Shown in pieces: positions 55,273-61,855 of a DNA stretch of 61,855 nt. The stretch covers positions 1,054,001 through 1,115,855 of the forward strand of contig JAQOWU010000001.1 in the NCBI GenBank assembly GCA_030867685.1, in the 5' to 3' direction. Both the position numbers and the translations under genes were made by a program. The stretch comes from Wickerhamiella versatilis (taxonomy: Eukaryota). Below the pieces are notes generated by a model. That model was not told the origin of the DNA. It searched no databases and saw only the letters and a program-made list of their open reading frames with translations. How positions within the stretch are numbered: the first letter of the stretch is position 1; each line of letters begins with the position of its first letter.

Positions 55273-56979
55273 CTATGTAGTAAATCTGAAATCTAATCTC
55301 GCCGTGTCTTCCTTCTCAGAGCGATCCAAATAGTCCATTTGCTGCTTATGCGTCATTCCGCTCCACTGTTTCTCTTTCTGGGAGTTTCGCATGTAATAAT
55401 ATAAGTACGAAAGAGCGATGGTGAAGAAACTCGCTATTGTTATCGCGATTAGTTGGGTAAGACCACGTCGATAGTAAGGTGAATCATCGGCACGGAACAT
55501 CTGCGATGCAATGATGCCCGCCAACTGAGAAAAAACATTGGTTACAGCTCCAGATACTGTACGCATACCAACTCCTGCTGAATTGTGCGAGGCCCAGGTC
55601 ACATTAAGTGCTTCCACACGAGGAGCACCAAGGGCTAGAAGAAGGAGAGCATAGGATCCCCAATGGTCTTTGAGAAATCCAGGCCACCATCGCATTGCAG
55701 CAAAACACGGAAGCATCCATAGAGGAACAATGACCATGGGTATCCAGTAGGATTTCAGAGCTCTACGTCCGTAAATCTGAGCCAGAAGTGTGATTATCTG
55801 GAGAAAGTTTTGTGGAATCATGAGAAGACTTGTGTTCACTGATGAGAAGCCCATCCTCCTCAGAAGAACAGGCATATAATTGGTTAATGGTCGGTTTTGT
55901 AAATCACCGAATATTCTTACAATATATATCGGCCACAAATCATAATTTAGGATGCAGCGAACAATTTGTTTCAACCCCATGGGTGCTCGATTATTCATTG
56001 TGCCTTTTGCTGGTTCATCTCTTAATACATGATTGATAATGACCTTCTCTTCATGAGGAGAATACCATCCATGTGGCCTATACCACGCTCGGGTCTGAGA
56101 TGGTGAAGGAGACATCAGAAAGAATGCGAGCACGCCGATTAACAAAGAAAATAGTCCTTCAATCAGAAATACATACTGCCATCCATGCCAGCCATTGGAT
56201 CCCTCAAGATTAGAGTAGATGCCGTATGAAATAAGGGAGCTGAATGCTTGCGTCAGGGGATTAGCCGTGTATAGCCAGCCGACCCGAGTAGCGAGCTCAG
56301 GTCCGGTGTAGAAATAGCTCATCCATAATATCATATCACTTTTGTTAGCATCGAATTGAAATATTTTCCCTCTTTTGAATACTTACGGAATAAATCCTCC
56401 TTCCATCGCACCTATTAAGCATCGAGTTACCAAGAAGCCCGCCCGTGACTTTATCCGACATTGAACAATGGCGACGATTGACCAGAGGCACATTTGCGTA
56501 GGAATCCAAATATCGGGTCCGATCCATTTTGAGATCAAATTTGAAGGAAGCTCCATTCCTAAGAAGCACACGAGATTAACGGTGTTTCCCAGGTTGTAAT
56601 CGTCAGTCGATAATTTCAAATCGGAGAGGAAATTATCTGAAACAGCATTTTGAAGATTGAACCTATCGATATTCAGAGCAAATAACATGATGAATGCGAA
56701 AAGACATACATGAAGATCAGTTTTCCTAAGCGTAATTTTCCGGACTTCTGCTTTCGTGTAATAGAAGACAGGATCAAATAAATGCCTATTTTCGTATCCT
56801 GATTCTTCGTAAAGCCTTTTCCAGTATTTTGCTACTTCTTTATCACTGAATGGGTTTTTCAAGCCACCGTCGCACTCAGGCTCTTTGTGCAAATTCTCGC
56901 ATGTAACAGCGTTTTCAGAATTCCTGCTGAGACTATGGGAGCCAATCTCTTGGACTTCCACTTGTGGTTCTTCTTTCAT
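55273..56979 (-). CDS. Second Soa1-like MFS sulfonate transporter, two exons: 56979-56387 and 56338-55273
   Basis: Splicing joins the two ORF-track entries as EGGFIP-DMILWMSYFY, colinear with EGGFIPDVSLWMSYFY in the paralog at 40830. Ends RLDFRFTT. Confidence 0.9.
56339..56386 (-). other. 48-nt spliceosomal intron
   Basis: GTAAGT donor and TGCTAAC branch point followed by AAAAG acceptor. It contains an in-frame stop and its removal restores the protein. Confidence 0.9.
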
Positions 56980-57163
56980 TTCTTGCTTTACTTTGCTGCT
57001 GCCAGTAATCTCAATTTATCACAGACTGTGTCTCCTATCACGCAACTGATCATAATTACTAACACGCTGATATCTCGGGGAAAGTGCCACATTTACCGCG
57101 AATGCCGTATTTAGTAAAGAGTGACCCAAGTCTTCGTGTCATTATCGTCAGAAAATTTTAATA

Positions 57164-58285
57164 ATGACTTGCGTAGACCAAATTTCTTTGAGGCGCCGCG
57201 GCGTGGGCTTGATAAGTGTGGATCGGGAAAAGTCTGCTGGCGGCTATGTCCTGATTGCCCCCCAAACTGCCGATGGAAAAGTATTCCTTGTTGAGGCGAT
57301 TTCGGGGGATATCGCTCATGAATGGAAACTACCGGTGAGGCCTGGTAGGCATGCAGTACTACTACCTAATGGGAACCTGGGGTACAATGGTAATCATGCA
57401 AATTCATTTAACAGGTACGCCCCATGGTCAATGTGGCACGGTGGTGATTTTTACGAGGTATCTCCAGAAAATAGGATACTGTGGCATTATGAGGATCCAG
57501 ATCACCATCACGATGCTCAGTGGCTTCCTAATGGCAACATTTTGTACTCTGCATGCGAGAAAGCCTCTCCCTCGTTCGCAGCAAGAATACAGGGAGGAAC
57601 ACCTAGCTATCAAAATGACAATATGTGGATCGATGTCATCAAGGAAGTAGACCGCGAAGGGACAGTTCTGTGGCAGTGGAAAGCTTCAGAGCACTTAGAT
57701 CCGAAGGACTTTCCAATTCATCCAGGATTTGGACGAACACACTGGCCGCTTATCAATGGTTTAGATATCACTGATAATGGCGCGACAGTACTGATGAGTT
57801 TGCGTGTCACTTCAGGAATAATAGGAGTTAATAAGAAGAGTGGGGTTGTAAACCTTCATATACCGCCAGGACCTCTATCGCATCAGCATGCACCAGTCCC
57901 ACTTTCGAATGGAAACATACTAGCATTCGACAACGGGAACTTTCGGCCTGGCGCACATGTTCCGTTTTCCAGAATAGTAGAGATCAATACCTCCGACAAC
58001 ACCCTTGCCTGGAGTTATGCCGATGAGCATGTGAGTGCTTTTTTCTCACCATATATGGGTAATGCGCAACCGCTGCCAAATGGAAACGTGCATATTACGG
58101 ATTCTACTTCAGGAAGGCTCTTTGAGGTGACGAGAGAAGGTGAGGTTGTCTGGGAATATGTTATACCCTGGTTTAACTGCTATCCTGATGTTGAAGCTCG
58201 TAAAACTGGACCAGGAAGAGTGAACACCGTTTTCAAGACATATAGATACTCACCAGAGGAGATACCGTGGCTTAAACGAAACTAG
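57164..58285 (+). CDS. Arylsulfotransferase (ASST)-like beta-propeller protein, no signal peptide
   Basis: Repeated LPNGN blades, HHHDAQWL, W.WKASEHL, HWPLING, HQHAP..L.NGNIL.FDNG, FFSPYMG.AQ.LPNGN..IT, GRLFEVT..GEVVWEY. Confidence 0.85.
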   Translation: MTCVDQISLRRRGVGLISVDREKSAGGYVLIAPQTADGKVFLVEAISGDIAHEWKLPVRPGRHAVLLPNGNLGYNGNHANSFNRYAPWSMWHGGDFYEVSPENRILWHYEDPDHHHDAQWLPNGNILYSACEKASPSFAARIQGGTPSYQNDNMWIDVIKEVDREGTVLWQWKASEHLDPKDFPIHPGFGRTHWPLINGLDITDNGATVLMSLRVTSGIIGVNKKSGVVNLHIPPGPLSHQHAPVPLSNGNILAFDNGNFRPGAHVPFSRIVEINTSDNTLAWSYADEHVSAFFSPYMGNAQPLPNGNVHITDSTSGRLFEVTREGEVVWEYVIPWFNCYPDVEARKTGPGRVNTVFKTYRYSPEEIPWLKRN

Positions 58286-58440
58286 TATTTAATTGAATCT
58301 CTGAATTAATAGAACAGTGTGTATTTAACTAGAATTGAGTTCTGGGTATCGTCGCTTTCCATCTAGCAACGCTATCAATCAACGGTAAACGAGCTATTAT
58401 ATAATACGCGGAAACTGCTTGTCGTGTCCGCGAGACGTCC

Positions 58441-60306
58441 ATGTCTTCACGAATCGAGAAGCAGCGCCGTACGAGGGTATCAATTGCTTGTGACAGCTGC
58501 AGAAGACGGAAGATACGCTGTAATGGGGGAAGTCCGAGATGTAGCAACTGTGAAACATATGGCGATGAATGCGTATATGCATTTCTACCTGACAGCCAGA
58601 GCGATCCGAAACTTGTGGAGATAAGCAAAAGACTGGAAAAAATCGAGGGATTGATTCGAGCAAAACATGACTCACACTGCTCCCCTGTTATTGACAGGCA
58701 TTTCGATATAGTCAACAACGAAAATGCACATCGAGGGATTAATCAGGAGGTATCCTTGTTCAATAATGTTCAAGGGAAGGAGAAAAATCTTGGACCGACG
58801 TTCAATGATAAAATTACACATTTAAAGGCGCATACTAGTGGAATAAAGGAAAGCTCGACAGTGTACATGTCGGGAGTGTTTCTCTCAATTCTCAGTACAT
58901 CCGACATATCACTGCTTTCAGAAAAGTTGAATGATCCATATTTGTGGCAAAGTCTAGAGGAAAAATCATACAACATGTGGCGCTTGTCTCACGCGTTACT
59001 AGGACGTCTTCTAGAGCCATCGAAAAATTTCTCTCCCGATCCATTATACTTTATGAATTGTATAAGAATTTATCGGCAGATCGATGGTCCATACGTTCAT
59101 CCTCTCATTTCACCCGAGGAGCTGTCAGATGACTTTTTGAATAATCTAACTGAGCCTGTTAAGAATGGCATTTTGGCTGCTGTAGTAATTATTGGGAGCC
59201 TTGGGATGCGAATGTATCCCTCATCAGAGCTAACTCATTTAGCTACAATCAAGGAACATGAAGATTCTGCTTATTACCAGGTGATTCGCAGTCTAAATAT
59301 GATTCGCTTTTCTCAGCCTGGATTCATCGAAGTCAGGATATCTATGTTACTTTGGTGGCTACTCCACTCATTCAGCTTCTTCCCGTCTACTGCACACTTC
59401 TTCGCGCCAATAGTCGAAATGGCGAAGGCTATTGGGATTGACCGGCGTGAGCTAAATGAACGATATGATCCAGATGATGCTATGCGGCGGAATAAAGTGT
59501 GGTTCTTGTTAACTAACTATCAGTATATTCTTTGCATACCACTTTCCTTGAAGGCTGCAGTCCCTCAGTCCACAATTGATTCAAGCTCGGATTCAATGGC
59601 GGATGAAATCCTCAAATATGCAATAGGTATCCACAAAATATATGACAAATCTCGTGATCGTTTATTTTCAGTTCTTAGCCGTAACTGCTCCTCAACTCAG
59701 CTTCTGAATGATATTACTTCGCTAAGCAAAGAACTAGAAAATTGGCGTGAGTCGCTCCCTGGTGCTCTATGGACAAACCATTTCGAACCTCAGCTCAGTC
59801 TCAAAGAATTTTTACACAAGTTCCCTGCAGATAATTTGAGATATAAGTACTACTACACAGTTATAGCCATTCACTCCATTCCCGCGTACGATGGTAATCT
59901 GCTCCCCCAAAGGATCTTGGTGTCTTTACAAAAAGTATCCGATGTCGCAAAAGAACTATTTAATATGGCTGTTCAGTCACAAAAGTTAAAAGGAGGTTGT
60001 ACATTACTACATAATTGCAATATTACCACTGCGTTGTCATGCTTTCTCTATAAACAGCTGCGCTATCCTGACGAGTACTCTAACTTTGAGGACTTATGTA
60101 TGCTCCAGGAGCATATCAAGCTGTTCAGAGAGAACAGCTGGTCTCCGACTGGGAAGGAAAACCCTATCTCACAAATTTGGGAAGTGTTGATAGATATAAT
60201 GGCACGACACCATGATATTTATTGTGCGACTTCCTCAGAAGAGGTGTATAATGAAATGATATCTACGGCCGGTATAGGTGGCAAAGATCAATGCCTCATT
60301 GGGTAA
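58441..60306 (+). CDS. Zn(II)2Cys6 fungal transcription factor
   Basis: ACDSCRRRKIRCNGGSPRCSNCETYGDEC, RLEKIE coiled coil and a fungal TF middle region. Confidence 0.93.
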   Translation: MSSRIEKQRRTRVSIACDSCRRRKIRCNGGSPRCSNCETYGDECVYAFLPDSQSDPKLVEISKRLEKIEGLIRAKHDSHCSPVIDRHFDIVNNENAHRGINQEVSLFNNVQGKEKNLGPTFNDKITHLKAHTSGIKESSTVYMSGVFLSILSTSDISLLSEKLNDPYLWQSLEEKSYNMWRLSHALLGRLLEPSKNFSPDPLYFMNCIRIYRQIDGPYVHPLISPEELSDDFLNNLTEPVKNGILAAVVIIGSLGMRMYPSSELTHLATIKEHEDSAYYQVIRSLNMIRFSQPGFIEVRISMLLWWLLHSFSFFPSTAHFFAPIVEMAKAIGIDRRELNERYDPDDAMRRNKVWFLLTNYQYILCIPLSLKAAVPQSTIDSSSDSMADEILKYAIGIHKIYDKSRDRLFSVLSRNCSSTQLLNDITSLSKELENWRESLPGALWTNHFEPQLSLKEFLHKFPADNLRYKYYYTVIAIHSIPAYDGNLLPQRILVSLQKVSDVAKELFNMAVQSQKLKGGCTLLHNCNITTALSCFLYKQLRYPDEYSNFEDLCMLQEHIKLFRENSWSPTGKENPISQIWEVLIDIMARHHDIYCATSSEEVYNEMISTAGIGGKDQCLIG

Positions 60307-61630
60307 TTTTTGATGCTAATATCGCTGCAATTAAGTACACATATGTTCTGTCAAACTATGTATTATGTACCTAGCCCAGTTCACTCGAGTATTTGAACGG
60401 TATTCTTCCCGCCACGCTCAACTTATTCCAGCCAGTCACCGGAACAACCAGGAAAACAAGATGGTTGTTATCATGGAGATTATCTATTAAAGCTTTACTT
60501 AGTGATATCAAGCAAATGATAACTTTATGCACAAATGCTAGTGCTGATTATGGAAGGAAGTCGAGTACGCGGCACAATTTATATCTACTAATTGCGTTTT
60601 ACCATACTGACATATTGATCACGTGATAATTTGCAATTGGTCTCAGACGGTTTATCATCGTCAGCCGCAAGATTCAACTAAAGCTGATCCTGGATACACA
60701 CGCTTAATTATCTTCGCAAGCTATTCCACTTCCAATTCACCACGCGAAACTTTGGAAGGTGGCTCAAGTTTTTCTCTGTTACCTATCAAAAGCTAGTCTC
60801 GACATCTTAGGTAAGAATATCTGAATGATATGAGAATCGACTTCAATAAGGTTTTTTTTGGCGAGATGACCAAGCAAGGTTATCGGTAGTAGTGTGCACA
60901 ACCAGAATAGGACGGGGTTAGAACGGGCCACTGAATTCTGGGTACTTTCTATCCAGAAAGTCACAAATTTGACACCATTTCCGCTGTACAGGGTTCATCA
61001 TTAAACCCATGTGCTCACTACTCTATTGATCAAAGTAAAGAGCTGGTGAAATACCCATAGAACATGACAACAATATTATCGCAATGGTTAGCTCTAAGAT
61101 GCAAGCTTCGGATATCCATCCCCGATATCCCAGAGGCGCTATCTGAAAGTGGTGTCTCAAAATATTTTAACAATACCTTACAGGAGTATGCTCGCTTTGA
61201 ACACTTCGGATTCTCGATGGCTATCTAAGCAGCTAGGGATCTCTGTCGACTCGCAATTATTATGGTTCTTAAGAAATTATAATGGTGACCCACTTGATAG
61301 CTTTTAAATTCAAAATAAGAAGTGTCGAATATCTAATAAATATCTTGTGGACGGATTCCTGTACAGTCAGACAACAGGGCATTCCACCAAACCGAGCCGA
61401 ATCATGCATGCTGAATCATAATGAACGAGCCACGCAGCCAGGACCAATCCATCCTGCGCCCAGCTTCAAGACTAAGGGACGACTTTGAGTTGTGGATTGC
61501 CACGGAGTAATCGTTTATCAGTGGAGCTTAGGTTGCTTTCCTGGCTGACAATGTTTGGTGGATGTAGATTTTCATAAGGTAGAGCAAATAGCGTCGGACT
61601 GCTGCAGAATTATTATATTTGTGTATTATA

Positions 61631-61855
61631 GACTGGTTGGACAATGCAAGATAGCCCACTTCACTACCTGAGACTGGTTGGACAATGCAAATAGCCCACT
61701 TCACTACCTGAGACTGGTTGGACAATGCAAGATAGCCCACTTCACTACCTGAGACTGGTTGGACAATGCAAGATAGCCCACTTCACTACCTGAGACTGGT
61801 TGGACAATGCAAGATAGCCCACTTCACTACCTGAGACTGGTTGGACAATGCAAGA
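61631..61855 (+). repeat. 41-bp tandem repeat, 5.5 copies, running off the window end (candidate telomeric or subtelomeric satellite)
   Basis: Unit GACTGGTTGGACAATGCAAGATAGCCCACTTCACTACCTGA starts at 61631, 61672, 61712, 61753, 61794 and 61835. Copy 2 lacks one G; the others are identical. Confidence 0.97.

Noticed and set aside
60393-61488. Small ORFs and stop-riddled frames before the terminal repeat
   Set aside because: No family recognised, and no transposase, RT or helicase motifs seen
61528-61740. 70-aa minus-strand ORF with repeated GYLALSNQS
   Set aside because: It is simply a translation of the tandem repeat
61631-61855. CRISPR array
   Set aside because: The units are head-to-tail with no unique spacers, there are no cas genes, and the context is eukaryotic

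Overview
This is eukaryotic, budding-yeast-type DNA: compact, almost intron-free genes, Zn2Cys6 factors, RCF2/AOX/ENA, and one 48-nt GTAAGT..TGCTAAC..AG intron. It looks like an accessory or subtelomeric region. The left half (1-30 kb) mixes ordinary yeast genes with bacterial-looking ones (a LysR regulator, an aldo/keto reductase, a degenerate P3A-type ATPase, decayed SDR and alpha/beta-hydrolase genes) and an arrestin-VASt fusion. The right half (30.6-60.3 kb) is a ~30-kb organosulfur-scavenging cluster. It holds three TauD/JLP1 dioxygenases (one broken), a broken 2OG oxygenase, two luciferase-like monooxygenases, an FMO, an arylsulfotransferase-like protein, five transporters and a Zn2Cys6 factor. 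Its promoters carry TCACGTG/ATCACGC motifs and its enzymes are strongly depleted in Cys/Met. Two of its monooxygenases are each fused to an Old-Yellow-Enzyme barrel. The window ends in a 41-bp tandem repeat whose degenerate fragments are scattered through at least nine intergenic sites. The load of bacterial-type genes would fit a Wickerhamiella/Starmerella-like yeast, but that assignment and all HGT calls are inference from motif recognition; no database search was run. Where the ORF track starts at TTG/GTG, I give the first plausible ATG.
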